Assembly: GCA_905178155.1 (NCBI GenBank)
Contig: CAJINV010000002.1
Span: 820,422 to 884,421, forward strand
Length of the DNA stretch: 64,000 nucleotides
Direction: 5' to 3'
Origin: Amoebophrya sp. A120
Taxonomy: Eukaryota; Protista; Dinoflagellata
The position numbers and the translations under genes were made by a program. Under the pieces are notes generated by a model, which saw only the letters and a list, made by a program, of their open reading frames with translations, did not search any database and was not told the DNA's origin. This document shows positions 1 to 12,900 of this stretch, in pieces. Numbering within the stretch: the stretch's first letter is position 1; every line of letters starts with the position of its first letter.

Positions 1-305
1 TTGCAAAAGCGTCCCCATCCCAGAGTTCTTGTAACGCCCTTCTGCATGCTGAAAATGTTTCTCATACGAAGACCCGCGAGGAGAGGCAGTCTCTATTGGT
101 GTTTTGCGATGTGTCATCAATCATGCTCAAATGCAAATCCACATAGTAGGCTTGATCTGTGACCACGCAGCTGCACTAGCTAAACGCGACTAGTACATTG
201 CGGGCCCAAAGAACGAACTTGTCATGCGCAACAGCCAAAGCCTAGCGATTTGTCTAGCCGCTGTGCCACCTTGACTCTGGAGTGGAGACGTTTTTGCTCA
301 CCATA
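1..305. mobile_element. Introner family B-like (left end truncated by window edge)
   Basis: Right end ...GACTCTGGAGTGGAGACGTTTTTGCTCACCATA; body similar to 18104-18382. Confidence 0.65.
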
Positions 306-1703
306 CGTCCGGCATTTGATGATCTATGATCCACTTCAACGCTTTCGCCGAGGATGGTGCTTTCTCCGCCCCCTGGATCTGCTTCAGGGGGTAGCGGTAA
401 ATCATGACGTATTTCACGCGACTATCGTGCGTGTTCGTGTTTTCAATCTTAAGGGGTCCAACCCAATGCTCGAAAGGCCCCGGAGGGGTTTTGGACCAGA
501 ATTTAGTGGCCTGGGCGATCGCGTGTTTCATCCACTTGCTCGATATGGAAGCGTCAGGTTTGAAATCGTCAAAGTTGAAATAATTTGTAATGCATAAAAT
601 GCATGACCCGAGGTGCGTGCGTTGCAGAGCAGGCAAGTGAGGCCGATTGTAAGCCTGTTTGGGGTTACAGCTCGAGCTGCTAAAGTAGCATGAGAAAATC
701 GCTCTTCTTTGCCTAAACAGCATCACAAACTGGCTTTAGGGACCACCAAAATTTGTCATGCGCCACTTAGAAACTGGGTTCCAACTGGCATCCATTTTAT
801 GCATGACAAATTATTTCAACTTTGTCGATTTCAACTCTGACACATCATCCATATTCGACGGCTTGTACTTAAAGCTTGGCCCATCCACCACGGACCACCC
901 GTCCGACGTACGGGGTTTTTTTTCCACGAACATGATGGGCAGCTTATCCTGAATAAAAACGCCCCCACGCCAGAGTTGTAATGCAGATTTGCAAAGACAG
1001 GAAGACTTGTAATGCGCATCCCCATGAGAGCCATTTCCAATCGTGTTTTGGAATTTGTGATGCTGTGAACAGGATGAGGTGGAGGTGGATTTGTTATGCG
1101 GCTTCCCTTGCTAAACTGCACTACAATACAGCCTGCAACTTGTTATGCGTGACTCACAAAACTCATAGGTTTGTGTTGCAAAATCCCCATCCTGACTCTG
1201 GTGTGGGTACGTTTTTACTCAGGATACAGGTGCCAGCTCATCCGATCATTGTCCTTTAGACGTTGTTCGAACTCTTCTTGGCTTCCACATCCGAAACAAA
1301 GTCCGCCACTATCCCAGCCCGGCGGCACAGGCTCGCGCTGCGGTTCTTTCGTAGGAGGATCTTCGGGATCATTTTTGCGTCCCGGTTCTTCCGAATGCTG
1401 CGTTGTGGGCGTCAACCAGTCGTGCGTTGTGGGCGGCCCGAATGTTGCAATTGCGCGCCGAAGGCTGCCGTCCCAATATGATCCACCCGGGCAAAGGTAC
1501 TCTTTGGGCGCACTCCCATTTCCCTGCGGCTCAACAAGACCGGAAACAGAGCCTTCCTGTGTGCGACGCTGAGCCGACGTTAACGCGACCCCACAAACCG
1601 GCTGTAGAGCTGCAACAAACAGGAGTAGAGCGGCCACGACAGCCACCATTTTTTGTTCTGTGGCACACGAAGAGGACCCACACGACTTCATTCTATTCAT
1701 CAT
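1..1703 (-). CDS. Multi-exon lineage-specific protein with signal-peptide-like N-terminus; 3' end runs off the window
   Basis: ORF 1215..1703 (MVAVVAALLLFVAALQPVCG hydrophobic stretch). It continues ...SWHL|PIMFVEKKPRTSDGW after removing element 945-1226, then likely joins exon ~306-553 (WSKTPPGPFEHW). Confidence 0.6.
554..840. mobile_element. Introner family F (TIR element in coding region)
   Basis: ~45-bp imperfect TIR TCAGGTTTGAAATCGTCAAAGTTGAAATAATTTG / CAAATTATTTCAACTTTGTCGATTTCAACTCTGA. Confidence 0.7.
945..1226. mobile_element. Introner family B
   Basis: TIR TATCCTGA(A/G)TAAAAACG..CCCAC.CCAGAGT; flanks CAGCT/CAGGT; near-identical to 60445-60723 in the opposite orientation. Confidence 0.85.
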
Positions 1704-3092
1704 GCTCGTAGAAGCGCCGGATGCTCACAGAAACTTCTCGTCGACCAAAAATAGTTCTAGTTCGCAGTAGAATCCACAGAGACAAAGCCCACTTTAAGAT
1801 TTTTATTACCTTACAAGAGGACGCGCCAATTACAATTTGTTGGTCGCACAGACAGAGCAGAATGAGCCAGGGCTCAAGGCTTGTTGGCTGTCCGGTATCC
1901 AAATCAATTTACCTCCGCGATGAATTTTGTGGACACACAAGCAAAGAAAAGAAAATAGAAGACTGACTTGCCTCCACTACACTCTAGGTTTGGGCGTTCT
2001 TGCGGTAAGATTTGTATCGAAAACAAACTCGTCTGTAGAATAGACTCTCTACCTCTATGCTGCAAGGAAGTACTTGCTATCTTCCTGCTAAACTTAGCGC
2101 TAGAGCTGGAACGGAGAAAATTGCGCAAAAGATGAAGAACATACCAACTACAACTGTCGAACCTAAAAGCGCACCAACGCTTCGTCTTTATGATCCAGTC
2201 AAAATATAGCAAATTTGTAACTGCGATCGCGAGCAAGTTGGTGCTCATTGATTCTGTTTCTTGATCTTGACAGATCGCCATGTTGGCTCTATCCTTCCAG
2301 ATCCAGAGCCGATTCCAGAGGTCGTGGAGCTTACACAAACAAAAACCGAATCACATGATCACACGACCGTTCATTTTCTTCATTTTCGGATCAAATACAT
2401 TTTACTTTGATTTACGACCGAGAGGTCCGGATTGCAAGTGAATAAACTCAGGCTAGCTAACAAGTACGATATGCGCGGCGTTGCAGCAGAAAGTGAGGAA
2501 CCTAATAAATCCGTGTTGGACCTGGAAAACTTATTTGGCGAAAAGAAAAATTTTACGTTATAAATCTTAGTCAGACTGCCGGCCGAGTGCCGTACTGAAA
2601 CTGAAATAAACGTCAAACTGAGCGTGCGCATGATGGTTCCTCAGCTAGACAAACGATCGAGATCATGTTTTTCCGTGCGCGAAAGTCAGAGCCCAACTCG
2701 GCAAGGAAGCTCCGCAGTGATACCAAACACTTCAAAATAAAAAACGTGCACATTCTGCTGCGTCGAAATACTTGTTCGGACAGGGCTTTATCACCTTCAG
2801 TTTTACCATTCAATATCAACAACAAAATTGCTGCATTCGCGCGTATAATTTTCATCCTACTCACAGCATTTTGTGGGGAGCATCAATTCAGGAATGATCC
2901 CAGGAGAACGTCCTCGGCCAGGATCCACATAATTAACTGTCTTTCACACTTGGTAAATACTTATTTCCATAATTCCCTTTCCGTTCATCTTCCTTTTTGC
3001 ACTTGCTCTAGCTGCTCCTGCTTTTTCGGGTTGATGTTCCGATTTTTGCGCTTCTATCTTGCACATGCACATCGCAGTAGTTCTTGCACTAT

Positions 3093-6000
3093 TTACACGT
3101 AAACGGGGTTGTACAGCATAAAGTCCACGTAATCTTCCTCGATGAAAAGCCGTTGCCGATCGACCTCGGGCAACCACTCGTGCACCAGAATATCCTGCAT
3201 GGAAAACCCTGTCTCCAGCAAAAAACAAAACGTTTCCTGCCCCCGCTCGGCCTCAAAATGAATCACTCGAAAATACGGCAGCAATATGCATCTTCGCAAA
3301 TAGGTCATCTGGGTCTGGATTTGTAATGCTGCGGGAGTTCAACAAGGACAACGACAACAGCTGCAACGAAAGCATCAGCAACACAAGTTTATTCGAGACC
3401 CAGTAGATGACATATTTGCATCTGTTGATAAGCAAGTTCAAACTGCGATCCTCTTCGTCATCATCAGGACGGATTTTCAGCAGCTTGTCTCGGACTAGAC
3501 GGTTGAACGCCTTGATATCCTGCGCAAAAGTATCGTACTCGTACTCATTGCGTTTATGCATTACAAATCCTTTTCTTAAGGCAAACCCGCATGACAAATT
3601 CAATTTTGTCATGCTGAGTCAATTTGTATTGCAATAATTACTACTAGTACGATACTTTTGCAGTTCATACTTGATGTTCGTAAACAATTTGCCTTTTTCC
3701 GCTTCCTCCGCGGACCTCCGGAAAATGTGAACCCTCATAGGCCGGTCAATAGGCAGGCGTGTGTCCCTGCGTTCACCGGGTTGTAGGTCGTTTGAAAGGT
3801 CATTCCAGACCACCCGCCGTGGCCATTGGTCGAGATCCAGGTAATACGTGCTTTTCTCGGGATCCGTGTTGTCAGTTTCTCGCTCCCAAATGGTCTGAAA
3901 CATTACGCTCGCCGTGTCTTTGTATTCGATACCGCGAAAAGGGCCCCAGGCCGCCAACCGTATTTCGCCCGGCTGTACGTCTGGTTCTAACTTGGTCAGT
4001 ATCAAATGCAAAAATGTCTGGGTCTGGAAACTTGTGATGCTGGGTGGCGTATCATGAGGAGGCCACAAGTGCTGGCTCAGCATGACAAGTTTCTGAGCTT
4101 CTAGGTGTTGCTTATTCTGCATGACAAACTGCGTTTCTGCATGACAGAAAAATGGCGCTCTTGGGTAACGTGCATGACAGATTTGAGAGTCTACCAGACA
4201 AGCATGACAAACATGCACTCTTCTAGACCCAGACATTTTTACATTTGATAGTCAGCCGCTCCAGCATGCGCGGACACCACAGCTTTGGGCTTAGAAGATT
4301 CAGGATGAGGACAACTCTGTTGCGGGGGAAAAACGACGTATTTTTGCGACTTTCAGAAGTTGTTGTATCCTTTAGCTTCAAGTACCCCGTCTCCCCCGGC
4401 ACATGGATGCGGAAGCTGTAGTTACCAAGGGGAATAAACAACGAGGCAAGCGGCCCCTCGGTAATTTTCACGTGCACCGGGAGCTTGCCCTTGGTGAGAC
4501 CCTGCCATTTCAACTGCATGTCTGGTGCGAAGTTGTCATCCAGAGAGCAGAGGATCGGGCCCACTAGTTGTTGTTCCCCAGTTCTCGTGCGGTCTTCGTC
4601 CGGATAATCGGCGCGGCGACCTGTGTTAGAAACTTGTTCAATGGAACAGGTCGGTGTCCGCTGTTGTTCTTCGTCTTCTTGTGAACGGCAAGAACTACTT
4701 GTTGGTGGCGCACAAGAGCTTGCACGACTACTAGCACTACTACTACCGGCAGCCGCTTTCTCTTCCCTGCAGTTCCTGCTGGTTGTACTAGGATCCAGTC
4801 CAGGGCCATCATCTTCATGCAGCGAATTGGTGCAGTTGTCGGTAGTTCTGCTTCTATCACCAGAACTCGTCCTCCATTGAGCTCCTCCGCGCCCAAGAAT
4901 AAACCCAGTAAAAGTATAGACGCCTTCAGGTTCAGGCCTAGCTGCAGTTGAAGATGAGGACGATCCAGCACACCACCTGCTGCATGAAGATCCTCCCGGT
5001 CGTGGGCTTGTATTATCGGTCTTCGGAAGATTCTTCTGGTCGCCATCAGGACGGGCGCCAGCGTAGTACTCTTCATTTTCTTCTTCTTCCTCATCCTCTT
5101 CCTCTCTGCGGAATAATGGAAACGTAAACGTCTGGTGTTGCGGGTAAAACTGAAGACACAGCTGCTGATCCCAACACGACTTGTCGGTACTTCTATCCTT
5201 GCACTGGCAAACGGGTGTCGTGATGAGCATCACCACCTCCTCGATTTTGTTCTCCGAAACAAACATCAAGTGTTTGGGAAAATCCTGTAGCACTCGGCTG
5301 GAGCAATCTTGCTTCAACGGTCCGAGGTAAGCCCGGATGCGGCAATATTGTGAGGAAAATGTCCCCGCCCCAGAGTCAAGATGGAGATTTTGCAGCACAA
5401 AGCTGAAAGTTTTGCGAGTCACGCATGACAACTTGCAGGTTGTAGTGTAATGCAGTTTAGCAAGGGAATCCGCATAGCGAATCCATCTCCTCATCCACAT
5501 CCTGTTTACAGCATTACAAGTTCCAGAACACGATTGGAATTGCCTCTCTTGGGAATGCGCATCACAAATGCTCCTGTGCTTGATAATCTGCATGACAACT
5601 CTGGTGTCAGGACGTTTTTAAAACGGATAGGCAACCGTGCAGCTTTTTGAGACCTGGCTCGTCCTCAGCACACCACGACATATCCTGTGCAAAAGTATCG
5701 TACTCCTACTAATTGCAATCATGCATGACAAATCTTGTTTCTGAGCAAAATCAGCATTACAAACTCCATTTTTCCTTCTGGAGAAATTTGTATTGCGATT
5801 TATACTAGTACGATACTTTTGCAATGCATACGACAGCGGTGTAGCGGATTCCGCAAAAAATCTTTTTACCTGCACTATCGGTTGCCGTTGGCGTTGCCCT
5901 CCAGAAGTACTGGTCACAACAGCATCTCCACCTTGTTGACATCCTTTATTTGCAGCTCCTGGTCGAACAAATAGTGCTTTGTCATCCACTTGAAGAACCC

Positions 6001-6973
6001 TTTCACAGCGGAATTCCACCGTGGTCAGCCTCACCGCTCTGGGGTCCTCCTTGCAATCTGAAAACTCCTGCAGCGCCAAAATATCCTTATTAGCGCCTCT
6101 CTCATCAAGACATCCGCGTGCTGGGTCCATCTTGTAAACCTGGAGTGAGGTGGACAACCTCCCGGCGCGAAAACCTGCACCACTATCCGTTGAGTCATTT
6201 TTCATTTTCATTCTGCATTTTTCATCTTCCGCCCGAGGATGTATTTCAAAATCCAGTAGGCCGCATTTTTTTCTTCCCGGTAGTCGGTCTTTCAACACAA
6301 GCCCGTGAATCCTGGCTAGCGGGGGATTTGGGTCTGGCAGAAAGCTGTACACATGTTCCACGACCGTTTTGGGAAGAGGAGATAGAAGGTGGGGAGCCGA
6401 AGTGGAAGATTTGCTCGTGCGTTGTTTCGTCCTCTTTGCCGCCTGAGACGGCAACGGCAACGGCTCCTCCTCCTGCAAGAGCGATTTACAACAGCTTCGT
6501 CTTTTCCTGCTGTTCGGCCAAAACAACCTTCGTCTCTTGGTTGGCAGGGAGGGGGGTTCTTGGGTGGACGAAGAAGCGGCGGTGTGTTCTTTGTGGGAGG
6601 AAAAAATCAAAATGTCGGCGTGTTCATCTGGGTTTGCGTCGAGTGACTTTTTTGCCACCATCGCCTCCGGGCAAGTTGCGTCGATTTTTGGGCCGTCGGA
6701 TGAACAAGCCGTGGAACAGCCAGGACGCTCGAACACTCCTTGATGCTGCTCGACGCGGACTTCTTGATCATTATCGTTCTTTCCGGCAAGTGCAGCTTCT
6801 CCCGTTGGTGGTCCAGCCGCAGACAGAGAGACGCCCAAAGCTGTGCCAAAGGGGCTCATGGCTGTCCAAGCGTAGGCGATCTGCGCAAGGAAAAATGCCA
6901 TTCTTGGTTTCGTTTGTTCTGTCGGAATTTTCATCGTCATTTTGGTTGCCATTTTCTGGTTCGTATATGGCAC
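3093..6973 (-). CDS. Large lineage-specific protein, 6 exons interrupted by 5 introners
   Basis: Frame restored at each junction by removing element + one TSD: ATPLS|WCAEDEPGLKKLHGC|RIRAYLG...ERL|TKLEPD...TNIK|AFNRL...SLNLL|PYFRVIH...YNPVYV*. Confidence 0.75.
3285..3430. mobile_element. Introner, degenerate family A
   Basis: TAT..ATA ends, degenerate TIR containing CTGGGTC, TSD AGCAA. Confidence 0.75.
3516..3669. mobile_element. Introner family C
   Basis: TIR core GCAAAAGTATCGTACT / AGTACGATACTTTTGC, TSD CTTGA. Confidence 0.9.
4000..4250. mobile_element. Introner family A
   Basis: TIR TATCAAATG(C/T)AAAAATGTCTGGGTCT.GAA, TSD GTCAG. Confidence 0.9.
5346..5629. mobile_element. Introner family B
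   Basis: Body homologous to 945-1226; TSD GGCAA. Confidence 0.85.
5681..5830. mobile_element. Introner family C
   Basis: TIR, TSD CGACA. Confidence 0.9.
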
Positions 6974-7739
6974 AAGGTCAATATTTCATTTATAAATCCT
7001 TCAAAAGAGGAAAAACTACAAAACTACTTGCAATTGAAAACTGTACTTCTGAACGAACTAATATCAACGCAGGTTGGGCCTGAGAATACAACGAAAAGAA
7101 AGACTAGCACCAGATGAAGCAAAAAGAATTTTAAACTTTCAGCTATCTACTGGGCTCCAAGGCCTTCCCGTTGCAGTGCTACGCAACCTGCTAGAGAATC
7201 GGTGATAAACTACGTATCTCCGTTATTATGACCCATGGTTGGGTGAGCGGGGACGACAGCGAAAGGCTGATCTTTTGTTCAACATCAGCATCACGAATGG
7301 TCCAAGATCATCTTCATTGAAAATACACGTGCTTGTGGGCTGATCAGCATCAGATCAATCAGGTAAAAGTTAGTTCGCTACTAGCAACAATCCTTTCCGC
7401 AGGACCGGACTCCGATACTGCAGCAACAGATCTTTCCTACTAGTAGAGCCTGGAGAATATACTCAGCGTAGGATCATCTCCCCAAAAGCGATCACGCTCG
7501 CATCTCAACTTCTGTTGACTTTATCGAAAAATAAAAGAGAAAACCACAATCCGACACTGATCAATGCGTCAACACTAATAATCCTCTTTTGCACTAGAAG
7601 TTGAATAGACACTACCACACACCGGCGGGTCTTGATCCCCTTCTCTTCACACAGGGCGAGGAGTGGTTTTAAGGACTGAGAAGAAGCTTGCAGCCCCTCC
7701 TCTTGTTAAATACTTAGTTTACGTCTTGCCCGGAGTCAG

Positions 7740-9800
7740 GTTTCTCGCGCGAATCCCGCGGAACGCCACCCCCTGTTCGAAGCCTGTTGTCCCATGGGTG
7801 CTGCAGCGGCGCTCTCAGCGCTGCCGCGCTCGAAGTGTGGCTGCCGCCGGCCGATGCCGGCATTCGCACGCCCCGCCGGCACTCGGGCCCGCAGGGCGCT
7901 ACCGATGCGGCGCGCGCGCGGGGCGGGGGCCCGGCAGAACAGACGCAGCGCAGGCCTGCACACGACGCGCCCCAGCAGGTCGGTGGGTGGGCTGCAGAAC
8001 AAGCAGCACGGGAGCGGGCGCAACCGGCGGGCCACCATCTACATCGGCGGCGAGGATGGGCTTGCGCGGAATCGCTACGCTGGGGCGCGCGGGGCCCAGG
8101 CTGCCGGCCGCTATCTCCCTGGGCCGGGGGTGCAACAAAAGGGGGGGCGCCCTTCCCCGCACGGGGGCGAGCGGGGTCAACTGGCCGGGGCCGTCAGCGC
8201 AGATGGTCGCGGTTCGGTATCCGGCAGGCTGCCCCCGCGCCGGCCCGCCCGTCCCTGCCGGCGCCCCTCGGCACGGATGTACTCATACGCTTTCTGAGTC
8301 ACGAGAGAGTCTCGGCAGGGGACGGCCCGCCACCTTCCGTCCATTCACGCCGACCGGGCCCGGCGGCTCCACAGCGCGCGCCCGGACAAGGCCGCCCGCC
8401 TCGCAAATCAGACACCGGGGGGGCCGCGTCAACTTCCCTTGACAAAACGCCCACCACCCCCAGCGCCCGCCTGGTTCCTCCATCACAGCTGGGCAAAGGA
8501 AAAGTGTGTATGTGGCACCTCAGCAGAACAGAGATTTTGAACAAGCAGCTCCGCTCCTCACCCTTTATCACGGCATCTTCTCCACGAACTGTCGCTCTCA
8601 ACTGTGCAGGCTCTCTCTAACACAGGCACACAACAATAAGCTACGCGGGAACGCAGAAATGCCCAACTCGAGCCAGCTTGGCCGGGAACAGGTTTGAACA
8701 CGGACGCTGAAGCCACGTCGCAAGAATGAACAATCAATCTTCCTGCCCTTCATAAACATAAGCAAGCGCCTTTTATTGCAATTGATGGCTTGCGCCTTCA
8801 AACAAACTCCGCTTGGACAGCAGCTGCTGCATTTCCAGTAGCAGAGAGTACTGAATAAACCAGGCTTCTGTCTCCCATGCTGTAGCACAGCCGCTCTTCA
8901 ACCGGAAGACGCTTGCTCTGCCCATTTCGACTCCGGGTTTCCCGAAAAATGAAACACACGAACCAGGCAAATTGCCACCCGTCGCTCGATCGTCGGCGCC
9001 TACCGGCAGATGAGTGGGGCAGCGGCCCTCTGGGGGCGCCGCGCTCGAGGTGTACAACCGGCAACCACCAACACAGGGCCTGCACGCGCAGGGCGGCCGC
9101 CGCGCAAGCAGCCGGGCGGGCAGGCGCCGCAAAGGCAAACACCCACGCAGCGCGCCACCCGGCGCAACTTTCTGGGGCAGGCAAACAAGCTGCGGGGGCC
9201 TGCCAAAATCTGCGCAGCCAAATGCCGAGGAAATGGCCGAACCGGACGAACCCGGGCCAAACAGCGAAACCAATCGCGGCCCGGGGCGGGCGCCACACAA
9301 GCACCCCCATCAGCGACGGCGGGGCAAATGAATCCGAAGGGGGGCCAGGCGGGCGGGCCGGTCTCTGAATGCGCGACGTCACTGATCTGCTTTTTTTCTG
9401 CCCGTTGAGCTCCTCAGCATCCTTTCGCGCACCTGCTCGCGCTCTTACGGGCACAGAGGGCCGGTCCCGCGGTCTTCGCGGCCGCGCTGCCAACACGCAC
9501 CCAGCGCCGCGCCGGCTTTCCTCGCTAACACGACGCCGACCGCCCGCCAGCTCCCGCGCGATTTCTCTGGTGCAAGCAGCGTAGTGCTTTTCCAGTAGAT
9601 TCATTCTCAAGAGGCAGCTACGCTCCACTTCGCTCTTGACTATATTGCCGCACCCTCTCCATCTCAAATACGTAACTGTCGCTCCTTCACAGAAGTCGAC
9701 AGTTGTGTCGTGTCGCGCTGGAACAATGCTGAATTGCCTCACTCAAAACAGCGGCACTTTGTTTGAACACGGACGCTGCAGGTGCAGCTACGTAGTGCGA
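7740..9800. repeat. Two diverged ~1.07-kb GC-rich tandem units (non-coding)
   Basis: Two very GC-rich blocks, each followed by GTTTGAACACGGACGCTG (8692, 9761) and AACTGTCGCTC (~8587, ~9674). Confidence 0.55.
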
Positions 9801-9953
9801 GCCCTCTTGCTCACCGTAAGCGATTGCTTGTTGCACTTCGTTGCTTCCTGTATTTTCAGACACGTTCTACTTCCTGTGCAGCAGCTCCATAACTTGGATG
9901 AAGTATCTATGATCACATTGTGTTTTTCTCTCCCTTGATGTGGCATCGCAGCC

Positions 9954-12900
9954 TCACATGCTCTGCTGCATTTTCCCACCGCCCACTGCATCATTACTAG
10001 AGGCACCAAGCCCCAATCCGCTGTCCCCCACCAGCACCGGATTTTGTTGGTTACACAGCACCTTGTACGGGTTCAAGATCATGTTGGGGTCCATACACTT
10101 CTTGATTTCGTACATCAGCTCAATCGCCTCCTTCGACTTGCTGTAATGTATCACATCCGTTTTCGCCGACCCGATTCCGTGCTCCGCGGAGATGCTACCG
10201 TTCAAATCCTTCACTAGCTGCCACAAGAACGGTTCGTAGTTCTTTATCATCTTCTCCTCCAACTCCACCGGTGCTGCGGCATTCGTCGTCAAGTTCAAAT
10301 GTAGGTTTCCATCCCCTATGTGTCCGTACCCAACGACGTTGGAGATGAAATCGGGGTCTTTGTCGAAGAGTTTTGTTAAAAAAGTCCTGCTTTCCTCCAC
10401 GAGCAGGTACAGTTTGTCGATCTCGGGTAGAGTCACGTCGTAAGCGAAAAGTTTTGAACCAGAATCGACTTTCGTCTTTGCTTTCAACATCGCTTCTGGG
10501 ATGTCTTCCCGAAATCGCCAGAACTCCGCGTACTGTTTCAAGTCGGAGGCGATGGACCCAGACTCTAACTCATGTTTCTCGATATGCATTGCAAAAGTGG
10601 TGATACCGTACCAAGGACGAATTGCATCACAAATTTTATTTTCAAAAACAAAAACTTCGCAATTTGTCATGCTAGAGGAGGTAGAAAGTTAGGTTTGTCA
10701 TGCACGACTACGTGCCTACGAATACGGTACTGTTGCATTCCATAGTCGAGAAACTGAAACAACTTCTCGCTGTCGTGCTCCGCATTGGACCCAGAAGTTT
10801 CGACCAGAACGCCGAACTTCGGCTTTCCGTTTCCCTCCGGCAGTAAAAACTCCGGTATGGCGGGCAGGTCCGGCAAATTCTTGCTCAAATTCTCCGTGCA
10901 TTCCGCATCCCAGAATTCGTACGCGGAGAGGATCTCGCCGAGCTCCGAGCGGGCTTTTTGGAAAAGCGAAACGACGTCGTCGTAGTTGTCGACGGAGAGG
11001 AGAAGGACGTGCTTGGCGTTACATTTTGGCGGGCTGGATACAGATATTTGTTTGATTGTGGTGGAATGTGTTTGAGAAAGGGAATGAATCAAAACTTTAC
11101 TAGAAAATTGTTAAACTGCATCACAAAACTCGCTTTTTTGCGTGAGGGCTACAGCAGATAGCCTTCGGACGCCTCGGATTTTTTTCATAAAAAAAAAGCA
11201 GAAACACAAATTTTGACATAAAGTTCGATATTCCAAATGTTGAAGCGGCCCAACGAAAAACATACTCATCAATACCACATCACCGCCGCTTTCGTGATCA
11301 CACCCAACACCCCCTCCGACCCGATCATCAACTATGGATTGCAAAAGTATCGCATTCCCCCCAATCGCAGTCATGGGAAAAAAATCTCTTTTCCGAAGCT
11401 AAATCAGCAACACAAATTCTTCTTCTTGCAGCATCCAATCACATTTGTATTGCAAGCAGTCCTAAAAATGCGATACAACTTTTCCCATTCATACCAGCTG
11501 TTTCAAATCAATTCCCGTGTTGTCCTTTTTGTTCCGGGACAGAACATCCACTACTTCTCCGTTCGCCTTCACAAATTCCAAACCCAGTACCGACCCGTGC
11601 AAATTTCCGTACCGCAACACCCGCAGTCCCCCCGCGTTCGTCGCGATATTGCCGCCAATTTGACAGTATGAATTGCAAAAGTATCGTACTCGTAGTTTTG
11701 CAATACAAATTAGCTCAGCATTACAAATGGACTTTGTCATGCGGTTACAGCTTAAGAAAGGGATTACTATTTAAGCTGCCGCAAACCAGAACTTTTGAAG
11801 CTTTTGGGTGTGTTCTGGGGTAGGCAAAGTGGGTCCGTAGCATCGTGATTTGTAATTTGCAGGCCACACCCCGAACACACCCCGGACACACCCCAGACAC
11901 ACCCCAGACAGACCCCCGACACACCCCCCCGACAAGAACTGCTGAAGCTTTGGGGTGTGTTCTGGGGTATGCAAAGTGGCTGCGTAGCATCGTNNNNNNN
12001 NNNNNNNNNNNNNNNNNNNNNNNNNNNNNNNNNNNNNNNNNNNNNNNNNNNNNNNNNNNNNNNNNNNNNNNNNNNNNNNNNNNNNNNNNNNNNNNNNNNN
12101 NNNNNNNNNNNNNNNNNNNNNNNNNNNNNNNNNNNNNNNNNNNNNNNNNNNNNNNNNNNNNNNNNNNNNNNNNNNNNNNNNNNNNNNNNNNNNNNNNNNN
12201 NNNNNNNNNNNNNNNNNNNNNNNNNNNNNNNNNNNNNNNNNNNNNNNNNNNNNNNNNNNNNNNNNNNNNNNNNNNNNNNNNNNNNNNNNNNNNNNNNNNN
12301 NNNNNNNNNNNNNNNNNNNNNNNNNNNNNNNNNNNNNNNNNNNNNNNNNNNNNNNNNNNNNNNNNNNNNNNNNNNNNNNNNNNNNNNNNNNNNNNNNNNN
12401 NNNNNNNNNNNNNNNNNNNNNNNNNNNNNNNNNNNNNNNNNNNNNNNNNNNNNNNNNNNNNNNNNNNNNNNNNNNNNNNNNNNNNNNNNNNNNNNNNNNN
12501 NNNNNNNNNNNNNNNNNNNNNNNNNGCCCAGGGGCAAAAGCCCTAGGTCAGCGCGGGGACTCGGTCCCCGCGTCATGACCTAGGGGCCAGCTGCTGCGGG
12601 CGCTTCGTTCCCGGAAACTAACCACACGGCCCAGGGGCAAAAGCCCTAGGTCAGCGCGGGGACTCGGTCCCCGCGTCATGACCAAGGGGCCAGCTTTTGG
12701 CGCTTCCCGGAAGCTAACCGCATGGCCGAGGGGTAGAAGCCCTAGGTCGGCGCGGGGACTCGGTCCCCGCGTCATGACCTAGGGGCCAGCTTTGGGCGTT
12801 TCCCGGATGGAAACGAATCGCATGGCCCAGGGGCAAAAGCCCTAGGTCAGCGCGGGGACTCGGTCCCCGCGTCATGACCTAGGGGCCAGCTGTTGTGGGC

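Noticed and set aside
1904-3090. Several short ORFs between the first two genes
   Set aside because: No domain similarity, no introner-linked exon structure and inconsistent frames.
3961-4250. Recurrent peptides such as IKCKNVWVWK, SNAKMSGSGR and LQKYRT in many ORFs as a protein repeat family
   Set aside because: They are translations of introner TIRs read through by the ORF caller.
7663-9742. Long overlapping ORFs in GC-rich blocks (also 15.1-17 kb and 26.5-29.4 kb)
   Set aside because: Open in many frames on both strands because of stop-codon scarcity; low-complexity R/G/P/A with no domain.
11767-12583. ORFs spanning the N run
   Set aside because: Artefacts of the assembly gap.
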